DNA from: an uncultured Ignavibacteria bacterium
Lineage (GTDB): Bacteria > Zixibacteria > MSB-5A5 > UBA10806 > 4484-95
Reading direction: 5' to 3'
DNA: 41,950 bases
Assembly (NCBI GenBank): GCA_964614835.1
Contig: CAZTNJ010000004.1
Coordinates: 1-41,950 of the forward strand
Under the pieces are notes generated by a model. It did no database searches. It was not told where the DNA came from and saw only the letters and a list, made by a program, of their open reading frames with translations. Position numbers and translations under genes: made by a program. Of this stretch, positions 26,907 to 35,361 are shown piece by piece; positions within the stretch are counted from its first letter, which is position 1; every line of letters begins with the position of its first letter.

Positions 26907-27656
26907 ATGAACAAGCAGAATTTCGACGTAGTCATTCTTAACGGGCGCCCGGCGGCCGGTAAATCGGAGATTATCGATTATCTTAAACATACCCCGGTAC
27001 CGGAGAGGCTAAGGCGTTTTCATATCGGTGAATTCGAGGAAATCGACGATTTCCCTTATTTATGGGAACGGTTTCAGGATGATGATATATTGGAAAAGAT
27101 GGGCAAGCAAAGGATGTTTTCGGACACATCTTATATGTTCAACGGCAAGCGGTATTCAGGATATACTTTCAAGGAAAATTATATCTGGAACTTTTTTATC
27201 AGGAAATTAGACCTGGCGTATTCGATAAAAATGCGCGATGATAAAAATTTCTTCGACCATAAAACCTTGTTGGTGGAATTTTCACGAGGCAGCGAACATG
27301 GCGGGTTTAGGGAAGCCTATCAGCATCTTTCGGATGAGCTTCTAAGCCATGCATGCGTGATATATATCAAGGTTTCATTCGAGGAATCGTTAAGGAAAAA
27401 TCGACGCCGCTTTAATCCCAATAAACCCGATAGCATATTGGAGCACGCTTTAGAAGACAGCAAGCTTGAGATGTTATATAAGGGTTCGGATTGGGAACAG
27501 TTTTCATCGGCCGACCCAAATTTCCTAATAGTAAGGGGTATTAAAATCCCTTACGCCGTTTTCGACAACGAACCGGAAAAGACGGATAAGCCGGAAATTC
27601 TCGGCAAACATCTGGAAGAAGTCACATCCAGGTTATGGAGCAACTGGCATAAGTAA
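26907..27656 (+). CDS. P-loop kinase-like ATP-binding protein of unknown specificity
   Basis: AAGGAG lies 6 nt upstream of the ATG. Walker A 'GRPAAGKS'. The context 'VVILNGRPAAGKSEII...RFHIGEFEE' is reminiscent of the 6-phosphofructo-2-kinase / PPK2-type nucleotide-kinase fold, but only weakly. Confidence 0.5.
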   Translation: MNKQNFDVVILNGRPAAGKSEIIDYLKHTPVPERLRRFHIGEFEEIDDFPYLWERFQDDDILEKMGKQRMFSDTSYMFNGKRYSGYTFKENYIWNFFIRKLDLAYSIKMRDDKNFFDHKTLLVEFSRGSEHGGFREAYQHLSDELLSHACVIYIKVSFEESLRKNRRRFNPNKPDSILEHALEDSKLEMLYKGSDWEQFSSADPNFLIVRGIKIPYAVFDNEPEKTDKPEILGKHLEEVTSRLWSNWHK

Positions 27657-27678
27657 GCCGGGCTAAATCGGGACTATT

Positions 27679-27714
27679 AACAGACGGCCGATTCTGACCG
27701 TCTGTTTTTTATTT
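27679..27714 (+). terminator. rho-independent terminator
   Basis: 9-bp stem AACAGACGG / CCGTCTGTT with a 10-nt loop, followed by TTTTTTATTTAT. Confidence 0.75.
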
Positions 27715-27848
27715 ATATTGGCGATTTTATAAAAAAGCGCGTTTTTCAAATAACCGCTTGACCTTGAGCGCCTTTCCCCTAACTTGTCGCAATGGTGTTT
27801 CGGGATGTAAAGCAATTTGAATAAATCGGCACGAGAATCTTAAATCAG

Positions 27849-28745
27849 ATGCATTTTGGTATTCCATATTTTGGCGAGTTGTTATCGTTTTTAACCGCAT
27901 TTGTTTGGGCTTTGGCTGTTATCTTATTTAAAAGGAGCGGCGAAACCGTCCATCCTATAGCGTTAAATATGTTTAAAAATATCCTGGCGATGGTTCTGCT
28001 TTTTCCAACAATGCTTTTAGTCGGCGAAAAAATATTTTATCCGGCGCCGGCAAAAGAATATTGGTGGCTGATATTATCAGGAGCGATAGGAATCGGTATT
28101 GGCGATACCTTATTTTTTAAAGGGCTGAACATGCTGGGGGCGGGATTGTTGTCGATAGTCGACACGCTGTATCTTCCGATGGTAATATTCTTATCGATAA
28201 TCTGGCTGGGCGAAAGCTTGAGCGCCTGGCAGCTTATCGGAGTAGTGGCAATTATCGGGGCGATTATTCTGGCAACTTACGAGAAACGAAGCCAGAAATT
28301 GAGCAGACACAATTTAATCTGGGGGACTATCTACGGATTAACCGCGATGGCCGCGATGGCAGTAAGTATCGTATTCACCAAGCCATTATTAGAGCGTTCG
28401 CCGATAATCTGGTTAACGGAGGTTCGATTAGTGGGCGGCGTGATAGTGCTTCTGATAGTATTCGCGTTTCACAAATCGAAAAAGCCGATTCTTGTTTCGT
28501 TGACTCACGCTCATGGCTGGAAATACATGTTCTGGGGTTCATTTTTAGGAGCATACTTATCCATGATGATCTGGTTGGCCGGTATGAAATACGCGCAGGC
28601 GTCGGTGGCTTCGGCCCTGAATCAGACCAGCAATGTATTGATATTCGTGCTGGCGGCGATATTTTTAAAAGAGCGATTCAATTTTCGCAGGATCGCGGCG
28701 ATTGTTATTGCCATGGGCGGGGTATTTTTAGTAACATTCGGTTAA
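27849..28745 (+). CDS. DMT-superfamily (EamA-like) transporter
   Basis: Ten predicted hydrophobic helices in two similar halves, a typical EamA duplication. 298 aa. Confidence 0.75.
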   Translation: MHFGIPYFGELLSFLTAFVWALAVILFKRSGETVHPIALNMFKNILAMVLLFPTMLLVGEKIFYPAPAKEYWWLILSGAIGIGIGDTLFFKGLNMLGAGLLSIVDTLYLPMVIFLSIIWLGESLSAWQLIGVVAIIGAIILATYEKRSQKLSRHNLIWGTIYGLTAMAAMAVSIVFTKPLLERSPIIWLTEVRLVGGVIVLLIVFAFHKSKKPILVSLTHAHGWKYMFWGSFLGAYLSMMIWLAGMKYAQASVASALNQTSNVLIFVLAAIFLKERFNFRRIAAIVIAMGGVFLVTFG

Positions 28746-28796
28746 GAATTGCCCGGCAAGGGCAAAAGAATTTTATATCGGCGGTCGGATACAAAT

Positions 28797-29567
28797 ATGA
28801 GGCCAGGAAAATCAAAATTACCACCATTCGATTACAGAGGAGTTTTCAACCCCGACGATTACCTGTATTTTTACATCCATTCGATTTCGGATGAGGTAAC
28901 TTTAAGCCAAATTAATTTTCTGATTAGCCAGATGAATCTTGACAGGCCATTAAAAATCCTCGATCTGGCCTGTGGCCATGGCCGTCACGCAAACCGACTG
29001 GCAAAACTGGGACATCATGTTACCGGTATAGACCTAATGCCGGGCTTTTTAAAAATAGCATCACAGGATGCCCGTAAAAACGGCGTGGAAGTAAAATATC
29101 TTAAAGGCGATATGCGTCACCTGACATTTCGAAACGAATTCGACAGGGTTATCCTGATGTTCACTGCCTTTGGGTATTTCAGCGATGAAGAAAATTACCT
29201 GGTTCTTCAGAATATCGCCAGGGCTTTGAAACCGGGCGGCCTGTTTTGTTTCGACACTCACAATCGCGATATGACACTGAAAGGACTCGTCCCATTCGCG
29301 GTGGTTGAAAAAGGAAAAGATTTGTTAATTGATCGACACGAGTTCGATTCCATTAGCGGAAGATTGATCAATCGCCGAATCGTAATCAGAAACGGCCGCC
29401 GCAAGGATACGCCGTTTTTCGTTCGCTTTTACAGCTATACAGAAATCGCCCGACTGCTTAAAAAAGCGGGGTTGCCTATCAAGGCGGTCTATGCTGATTG
29501 GCAAGCGCGGCCATTCACCAGCGAATCGCGGCGGATGATTATTATCGCAGAGAAAGATAAACTATAG
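28797..29567 (+). CDS. class I SAM-dependent methyltransferase
   Basis: Motif I 'ILDLACGHGRHA', followed by 'VTGIDL' (motif II region) and 'LKPGGLFCFD'. ATG 28797 was chosen. A TTG at 28749, 4 nt after the transporter stop, is an alternative start. Confidence 0.75.
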   Translation: MRPGKSKLPPFDYRGVFNPDDYLYFYIHSISDEVTLSQINFLISQMNLDRPLKILDLACGHGRHANRLAKLGHHVTGIDLMPGFLKIASQDARKNGVEVKYLKGDMRHLTFRNEFDRVILMFTAFGYFSDEENYLVLQNIARALKPGGLFCFDTHNRDMTLKGLVPFAVVEKGKDLLIDRHEFDSISGRLINRRIVIRNGRRKDTPFFVRFYSYTEIARLLKKAGLPIKAVYADWQARPFTSESRRMIIIAEKDKL

Positions 29568-29634
29568 TCCGATTGCTTTCAAAGAAATTAATCAACAGAT
29601 AAATACTTAATTAAAAATCTCAAAACTGGATTAA

Positions 29635-30579
29635 TTAAAACAGGTCATCATCCGAGGCGGGAATATATCTGTCTTTGATTTTGGGTTCGTCTTCTATCAT
29701 TATGTAATTTTTGAAGCCGCCGATTTGTTTTCCCCCGAGCAGATGCTGTTCGATAAAGGTCAGTAAGCGATATTTGAATTTATCATGATGATGGCGCACT
29801 TTTGATTTGCCTCTATACTGAAGCTGCTCCTGCCAATCCATCCGGGCAATCCAATCGCCCATCACCTTAGGATGAGAGCCGCTATAAACCGGGACTCTGG
29901 CCAGCGAACCATAATCGAATTCCGGCGAATCCTGGCTATGGCGTTCCTGCGCCTGTCGGGCGCCTTTACCGGCGGCGGTGAAAGCAACCCGCTTGGCCTG
30001 CATCACGGAAGGCGGCCGCACCCAGCCGTAGTGAAACACGGTCGCGGGTATCGACACGACTTTGAGTTTTTCGTCATTTCGCCTGAACGATTGCGAATCT
30101 TTGTACGATTCGATGCCGATACCGTTGCGGATTATCCGGATTTCCCGGGTGAACCAGTGATGGTTGATTATGTGATGGCGGTAATCGCCCCAGAAATGGC
30201 GGAAGTTCAATAACATTCCCTCCACCTCTCTATTGTCGAGCAATTCGCGACACCGTTTCTGAATAAGCGGCAGGTCGTCCTCGTGGATGACCTCATCGCA
30301 CTGAAGGTGGAAGCACCAGTCGCCGGTGCAGGCGGCCAGAGCGATATTGGCCTGCTGGCGGAACACATGGTCGCCGGCGGCGGGCTCTTCCCAGACCGTA
30401 TCGATTATCTTGATTTTGGGGCTGCCGATTGATTCGACGATTTCGCGGGTGCGGTCGGAGCTTTTGCCGATAGCGATGATGAATTCATCGCAGACAGGCA
30501 GGATAGACAGTATCGATTCTTTGATGGGATAGTATAAGGAATCGGCATTACGAGCGTAGGAGAATCCGCTGATTTTCAT
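29635..30579 (-). CDS. family 2-like glycosyltransferase (GT-A fold)
   Basis: 'MKISGFSYARNADSLYYPIKESILSILPVCDEFIIAIGKSSDRT' is the typical N-terminus of a GT2-like subfamily. An acidic 'CDEVIHEDD' motif is present. Start set to ATG 30579, because the 36-aa ORF-track extension is low complexity. Confidence 0.65.
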   Translation of the reverse strand: MKISGFSYARNADSLYYPIKESILSILPVCDEFIIAIGKSSDRTREIVESIGSPKIKIIDTVWEEPAAGDHVFRQQANIALAACTGDWCFHLQCDEVIHEDDLPLIQKRCRELLDNREVEGMLLNFRHFWGDYRHHIINHHWFTREIRIIRNGIGIESYKDSQSFRRNDEKLKVVSIPATVFHYGWVRPPSVMQAKRVAFTAAGKGARQAQERHSQDSPEFDYGSLARVPVYSGSHPKVMGDWIARMDWQEQLQYRGKSKVRHHHDKFKYRLLTFIEQHLLGGKQIGGFKNYIMIEDEPKIKDRYIPASDDDLF

Positions 30580-30693
30580 GAGGGAATGATATCGGGTAGA
30601 TGGGGGCGATAGCAAGGGGAAAGTGGGGATGATTTTTGATTGACCGGAATGTCTGGATTTAATAGAATCGGGTATGGGTAGATACATGGCGTT

Positions 30694-30739
30694 CCGTCAG
30701 GTCGTAAACCCCATGTTTAACGGGGGCGTGACCTGACGG
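30694..30739. repeat. extended hairpin / inverted repeat CCGTCAGGTC-N26-GACCTGACGG (element A)
   Basis: Perfect 10-bp arms. The inner CCCC/GGGG pairing extends the stem. Confidence 0.6.
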
Positions 30740-30864
30740 TAAAATATGAGATTGGGAACGAAAGAATCGGTTCTGGTCAAGCGCCGCCGATTATGCTGGG
30801 GTGATTAATGGGCCAGTTAAAGTTTGGCTGGATTGGTATGACGAGTAACAAGCGCCGGATTTGC

Positions 30865-30907
30865 TGTCAGGTCACGTCGCGGCCGTTGCCGGGTCTGCGA
30901 CCTGATA
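30865..30907. repeat. second hairpin with the same core TCAGGTC-N25-GACCTGA (element B), in inverted orientation relative to element A
   Basis: 7-9 bp arms with an inner CGGC-CGTT-GCCG stem-loop. The arm carrying CGTGACCTGAC is on the right in A and on the left (as its reverse complement) in B. TGCTGTCAGG is repeated at 30862 and 30918. Confidence 0.55.
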
Positions 30908-30957
30908 AAACGGAAAATGCTGTCAGGGAGGGTTCCTGGCGGCGTGATATTTTCTCC

Positions 30958-30985
30958 TTGCCAGATTTAAATATACTGTTATAAT
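30958..30985 (+). promoter_or_regulatory. candidate sigma70-type promoter TTGCCA-N16-TATAAT with TG extension
   Basis: Hexamers read directly from the sequence (…TGTTATAAT). It lies about 110 nt upstream of ATG 31099. Confidence 0.5.
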
Positions 30986-31098
30986 GCAGAAGTCAGCAGT
31001 CGCCGCTAAAGACTTACCCAAATGAGCCGAGTGTATTTGAGTAAGTGCATTTAGAAGTATATTTGTTTGATACTGCGAAACCAATTAAGGATAAATAT

Positions 31099-31683
31099 AT
31101 GCCGAAAGACAAAGGGCCTTTCAGAATAGACCGCGAAAAGTATTACCGAATTAAATTTGGGACTACCACTCCCCGATTTAGCCAGAAATTGACCCTCTGG
31201 GTTACCAGTTTCGGATTTCATGTGGTTATGGTTTACCGTTTCGTGAAATGCTGTAAAAGATTCCATTCGAGGCATAAAATTCTGGGGTTATTTCCGCTGG
31301 TGATATGCAAAATCGTCAACTATTTCACCCGGCTTATTCATCACGTTGATATTTCCGACGCCACAATCGGCCCGGGGATGCATATCAGCCACGCCAGTAC
31401 GATTTATATTGGGGCTGTTAATATTGGGCGAAATTTTAGCCTGGGGCATAATGTTACGATAGGCATAGGCCATCAAGCAGGAAAGGTTGGGCCACCCAAG
31501 AGTATCGGGGATGATGTCTGGGTTGGAACAAGCGTGGTAATCGCCGGGACGATAACTGTCGGTAATAAAGTAACTATCGCCAGTGGTAGCATATTATCGA
31601 AAGATGTGCCCGATAACGCGCTGGTGATGGGGAATCCGGCGCGGGTGATCGATCCTAATTACGATAATTCGCATTTGTTATAA
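31099..31683 (+). CDS. serine O-acetyltransferase-like hexapeptide-repeat acetyltransferase
   Basis: Left-handed beta-helix hexapeptide repeats 'IGPGMHISHAS.IYIGAVNIGRNFSLGHNVTIG...IGDDVWVGTSVVIAGTITVGNKVTIASGSIL' and 'VMGNPARVI'. Start set at ATG 31099 (AAGGA 7 nt upstream). Confidence 0.7.
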   Translation: MPKDKGPFRIDREKYYRIKFGTTTPRFSQKLTLWVTSFGFHVVMVYRFVKCCKRFHSRHKILGLFPLVICKIVNYFTRLIHHVDISDATIGPGMHISHASTIYIGAVNIGRNFSLGHNVTIGIGHQAGKVGPPKSIGDDVWVGTSVVIAGTITVGNKVTIASGSILSKDVPDNALVMGNPARVIDPNYDNSHLL

Positions 31684-31818
31684 AATCGGTCATAGAATCT
31701 TATTATCGCAATATATCGATTTCTGATAGCGCTTTTTATATACCGCCGATTCTATAGCTTGTTTCAGGGGCACGTGTTTTGCCCCTTAGTGAAAACTGGA
31801 ATATTGTCTCTGGAGTCA

Positions 31819-32919
31819 TCACACATTAAACCGGAATAGCATGACATCGCCGTCTTTGACGACATAGTCTTTGCCTTCCATGCGGAGTTTGCCGCGTTTG
31901 CGTGCTTCGGCCCAATCGCCGATTGAATCGAGATCGGAAAACGCCACGGTTTCGGCTTTGATAAAGCCGCGCTGGATATCGGAGTGAATTTCGCCGGCGG
32001 CATCCCAAGCGGTGTAGCCTCGCGGTATCGGCCAGGCGCGCGATTCCGGTTCTCCGGCAGTCAGGAAGCAAATTAATCCTAGAAGGTCGAATGAGCGGCG
32101 GATAACTTTCGAGGCGGCCAATTCATCGATACCGAGATCGGCCAGAAAATCCTGGCGGTCGGATTCGGGCATGGCGGCCAGTTCCATTTCGATTTTGCCG
32201 CACAGGGAGGCGCAAGCGCGGTTCTTGGCGGGAGTCGGGAAATATTTCTTTTCCAATTCGGCGCCGTACGACATCTGATCCTCGCCGAGGTTAAGCAAAT
32301 ACAAAATCGGTTTTAGGCTCAGGAAACCGAAACTCCCCATCAAAGCGAGTTCATCCTTGGAAAACTCCATCTCGCGTAAAGGCTTTTCTGAGTCGAGTTG
32401 GTTTTTCATGCGGATAAGCAGGGTTTCCTCGGCCTTGCCGGCGGGAGTCGGCTTGACTTTAAGCATGTGAACCACTTTTTCGAGCCTTTTTTCGATTAGC
32501 AGTAGATCGGAAAATATAAGTTCTGATTCAATGGCGGCGATATCGCGGGCCGGATCAATCGAATTTGACGGATGCGGAACGTTGCTGTTTTCGAAACAGC
32601 GAATCACCGCCAGAAGTTCAGAGGTCATCTTGATAGCCGATATGAAAGCTGGCTCCTTGAAACTGTCTTTCGATTCGGAAGCGGTCATCCCGGCCACATC
32701 GATAAATTCTATTTCGGCGAAGGTGATTTTTGCCGATTGGAAGATATCGCTTAGCCGATGAAGTCGTTTATCGGGCACTTTAATGACTGCGATATTGGGG
32801 GATTTGGCGGCGGAAAAATCGCCAATTTGAGCATGACCCGAGCAAAGAGCGTTAAAGACCGTAGTTTTACCTGATTGTCCCAGGCCAATCATTCCTATCT
32901 GTAAAATCTTACCGGGCAT
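31819..32919 (-). CDS. ychF: ribosome-binding ATPase YchF
   Basis: G1 motif 'GLGQSGKTTVFNAL', 'VPDKRL' and the diagnostic C-terminus 'RGFIKAETVAFSDL...EGKDYVVKDGDVMLFRFNV'. Confidence 0.9.
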   Translation of the reverse strand: MPGKILQIGMIGLGQSGKTTVFNALCSGHAQIGDFSAAKSPNIAVIKVPDKRLHRLSDIFQSAKITFAEIEFIDVAGMTASESKDSFKEPAFISAIKMTSELLAVIRCFENSNVPHPSNSIDPARDIAAIESELIFSDLLLIEKRLEKVVHMLKVKPTPAGKAEETLLIRMKNQLDSEKPLREMEFSKDELALMGSFGFLSLKPILYLLNLGEDQMSYGAELEKKYFPTPAKNRACASLCGKIEMELAAMPESDRQDFLADLGIDELAASKVIRRSFDLLGLICFLTAGEPESRAWPIPRGYTAWDAAGEIHSDIQRGFIKAETVAFSDLDSIGDWAEARKRGKLRMEGKDYVVKDGDVMLFRFNV

Positions 32920-33019
32920 TTTATTCCTGTCTTCTTATTTTTCCGCCTGGCGCGTATTATCGCGCTATCAAAGCAAAGATACATCCGCGAAAAGCCGATG
33001 TAAATGATTAAATTGATGA

Positions 33020-33760
33020 CTATAATGAAAGGCTGTTGGCGACCGTAAAATGGGTTCTATCAGATGCCAATTCCGGGATTATATTAGCCACACCAATTTG
33101 AGCGATATACTCCAAGTCCTTATATCGATTGTTATCAACGAGGTTTTGGCCTCGGGCGGATTGTTTAAGCAAACCGAAAATATCATTAAGGTGGCGGCCA
33201 TATAAAAAGCGGGCGGTTGAAGCGTTATCGTTCAACCCTTTTTCATCCGGATTGCCTTTCCAGAGCAAATCGATTAGCATCCCGGCGCAAACCGCATCCT
33301 CAAACGACAGCTTCTCCCCTTTTCCCAGACAGACAACATGAAGCAAATTGCGTCCAATTACGTTCAGGGCAAGAGCTTTAATATTATTCAAACAACCGAG
33401 GAATATTTCGGGGGTTTGTTGAGATATTTCGATAATATCCGCTAATTCGGGACTCAGATAGGCAAATAGCCTATCTTTGGGTTTGGCGGCGCGCAATAGA
33501 ATCGGTGAATTGTTCAGATCGAAATCTTCGTAGGGCTTGGCATCCTGTTCACCGCAGAGTAGAACATTGTCTTTGCCGAGTATCTGGCGAAGTTTGACAC
33601 CCTCCTCGGGGACACTTAAGGGAACGGCTCGCAAGGCGCCATTTTGCAGGGCCGATGTTATCATGGTGGATGCGCCGAAGATATCGAAAATGACCAACGA
33701 TTCTGCCGGTTCGCCGAAATCCTTGAGTTCGTTGATGGTAAAGAATGTTCGTATTTCCAT
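33020..33760 (-). CDS. 2-phosphosulfolactate phosphatase (ComB) family protein
   Basis: 'VIFDIFGASTMITSALQNGA' and 'LLCGEQDAKPYEDFDLNNSP' match the ComB-family motifs (vvDvlRAtstiv.AL.nGA; GEr.g....fdlgNSP). Confidence 0.75.
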   Translation of the reverse strand: MEIRTFFTINELKDFGEPAESLVIFDIFGASTMITSALQNGALRAVPLSVPEEGVKLRQILGKDNVLLCGEQDAKPYEDFDLNNSPILLRAAKPKDRLFAYLSPELADIIEISQQTPEIFLGCLNNIKALALNVIGRNLLHVVCLGKGEKLSFEDAVCAGMLIDLLWKGNPDEKGLNDNASTARFLYGRHLNDIFGLLKQSARGQNLVDNNRYKDLEYIAQIGVANIIPELASDRTHFTVANSLSL

Positions 33761-33832
33761 CTTGCTATGCCGGTAAAAATATTCGCGGATTATTCATCGA
33801 TCCCACGGCAATCCGTGTATTACAATTATGCA

Positions 33833-33852
33833 GGGTAAGGCATGCCTTACCC
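33833..33852 (-). terminator. perfect 20-nt palindrome GGGTAAGGCATGCCTTACCC downstream of gcvT (candidate terminator hairpin)
   Basis: 8-bp stem plus a CATG loop, 24 nt after the gcvT stop. The trailing sequence is only AT-rich, with no clean U-tract. Confidence 0.4.
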
Positions 33853-33875
33853 CCACGCGAAACGTCCTTAATCGC

Positions 33876-34970
33876 CTACTTGTGGCTGGCGTTCTTATAG
33901 AACGGCGGTTTTACCACTATGGCCGGATGGCCCTGGCCGCGAATCCCTATTTCGAATTTGCTGCCGATATCGGCGAATTTCGTTTCGACATAACCCATGC
34001 CGATACCTTTATTCAAGCTGGGGGAAATTACGCCAGAGGTGACTTCGCCGATTTGCTTCCCGCCGGATAAAATCGGATAATGTTGACGCGGGAAAGCTTT
34101 ATCTTCCATTTCAAACGCGACTAATTTACGGGTTAAGCCTTTTTCTTTGACTTTGACCAAGGCATCGCGACCGATAAAATCGCCCTTGTCAAGTTTGGTT
34201 ACCCAGCCAAGACCGGCCTCGAGCGGGTTGGTCTTTTCCCAGATATCGTTACCGTAAAGCGCCATTTTCATCTCCAGTCGAAGCGAATCGCGGGCACCCA
34301 GGCCGATAGCGCCGCCGCCCAACGCAGTGATTTTATCATAAACGGCGTCCCATATTTTGGGGCCAAGCTCATTCGGAAAATAAAGCTCGAACCCATCCTC
34401 ACCGGTATATCCCGTACGAGAAAACAGCATCTGTTCGCCGGCGACTTTACCTTCAGCGGCATAGTAGTACTTGATAGTTTCAAGGGGATAATCGGTAATT
34501 TGACGCATCACCTTTTCGGCCATCGGGCCCTGGATCGCCAGAAGAGCCGTTTGGTCGGAAAGGTTGGTCAGCTTGACATTGGCGGGCTTGTGCTTTTCGA
34601 TATGAGCGAAATCCTTGGCGATATTGGAAGCATTGACAACCAGATAGATTCTGTCTTTGAGATTGTAAACCAAGAGGTCATCGACGATACCGCCGTCTTC
34701 AAAGCACATACAGGTGTACATCACCTGGTTTGGGGCGAGTTTGGTAACATCGTTGGTGACAAATTTCTGGACATAATCTTTAGCGCCGGGGCCGGTAAGT
34801 TCGAATTCGCCCATGTGGGTTAGGTCAAACAGGCCGACCGTGTTGCGGACTCGCAGGTGTTCGGCGGTTATAGAATCGTACATAACCGGCATGAAATAAC
34901 CGGCGAATGGAATTATTTTAGCTCCCAGCTTTTGGTGGATATTGTAGAAGGGGGTTTGTTTATCGGACAT
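33876..34970 (-). CDS. gcvT: glycine cleavage system aminomethyltransferase GcvT
   Basis: 'TPFYNIHQKLGAKIIPFAGYFMPVMY', 'GLFDLTHMGEFEL', 'FSRTGYTGEDGFELY' and 'LGARDSLRLE' are canonical T-protein motifs. GGAGG lies 8 nt upstream of the ATG. Confidence 0.93.
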   Translation of the reverse strand: MSDKQTPFYNIHQKLGAKIIPFAGYFMPVMYDSITAEHLRVRNTVGLFDLTHMGEFELTGPGAKDYVQKFVTNDVTKLAPNQVMYTCMCFEDGGIVDDLLVYNLKDRIYLVVNASNIAKDFAHIEKHKPANVKLTNLSDQTALLAIQGPMAEKVMRQITDYPLETIKYYYAAEGKVAGEQMLFSRTGYTGEDGFELYFPNELGPKIWDAVYDKITALGGGAIGLGARDSLRLEMKMALYGNDIWEKTNPLEAGLGWVTKLDKGDFIGRDALVKVKEKGLTRKLVAFEMEDKAFPRQHYPILSGGKQIGEVTSGVISPSLNKGIGMGYVETKFADIGSKFEIGIRGQGHPAIVVKPPFYKNASHK

Positions 34971-35005
34971 TCTTTATTCCTCCAGTTCCAATAATCGGTT
35001 GGTTG

Positions 35006-35034
35006 ATAATACGCAGAAAATGCGGGCAGGTCAA
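35006..35034 (-). promoter_or_regulatory. candidate sigma70-type promoter TTGACC-N17-TATTAT for gcvT
   Basis: Hexamers read on the minus strand. The implied 5' UTR is about 28 nt. Confidence 0.5.
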
Positions 35035-35220
35035 CCGAATTTGGGAGAAACAAGGTTTTGATATTGGTTATATTGACATCCATCTACAGCTTCAATGTTA
35101 AGGGCGTAATTGCATAGACGGAATCGGGTAAGGCCGCTTTTTTTGTACGTCATGTAGTAATAGATTGAGCAATTTAATATCGGAAAGCTGGGTCAATTAT
35201 TACCTTGTTGTCTTTTTTAT

Positions 35221-35248
35221 TTGACAATTTATTTATATATATTAGATT
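35221..35248 (+). promoter_or_regulatory. candidate promoter TTGACA-N16-TAGATT upstream of the M6 protease gene
   Basis: Perfect -35 but a weak -10 that lies inside the ATTAG pentamer repeat. Confidence 0.3.
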
Positions 35249-35258
35249 AGATTAGATT
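35241..35258. repeat. short tandem pentanucleotide repeat (ATTAG) x3.6
   Basis: ATTAGATTAGATTAGATT, read directly from the sequence. Confidence 0.8.
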
Positions 35259-35361
35259 GTATTCTAACTATTATTTCGTTGACAACTGAGGTGTTCCAAA
35301 CAAACGCGGAAATGTTTTTTCCGCCAAATATGAGGTAATCTGTAGGGAAAGCGAGGTTATC

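Noticed and set aside
30580-30687. 36-aa N-terminal extension of the GT2-like ORF.
   Set aside because: The Pro/Ser-rich extension is atypical. 'MKISGFSYARNA' is the usual N-terminus of this glycosyltransferase subfamily.
30694-30907. Resemblance of the CAGGTC-containing hairpins to SRP (4.5S) RNA domain IV (…CAGGUCAGGUCCGGAAGGAAGCAGC…).
   Set aside because: Only the GTCAGGTC octamer is shared. The GGAA tetraloop and the AGCAG/GGAAG conserved loops are absent on both strands.
30808-30984. 58-aa basic, Cys-containing ORF preceded by GGGGTGAT, within the GC-rich spacer.
   Set aside because: It falls below the ORF-track threshold and runs into the -10 of the downstream promoter. It is Arg-rich, as expected for random translation of GC-rich DNA, and has no recognisable domain. 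It cannot be excluded without comparative data.
34971-35361. Possible glycine riboswitch upstream of gcvT, a classic riboswitch-controlled gene.
   Set aside because: Reading the minus strand, the leader between the TTGACC-N17-TATTAT promoter and the ATG is only about 28 nt. I could not find the conserved glycine-aptamer elements (paired GGAGAG...CACCG / ACCGAAGGGGCAA-type cores) anywhere in the spacer.
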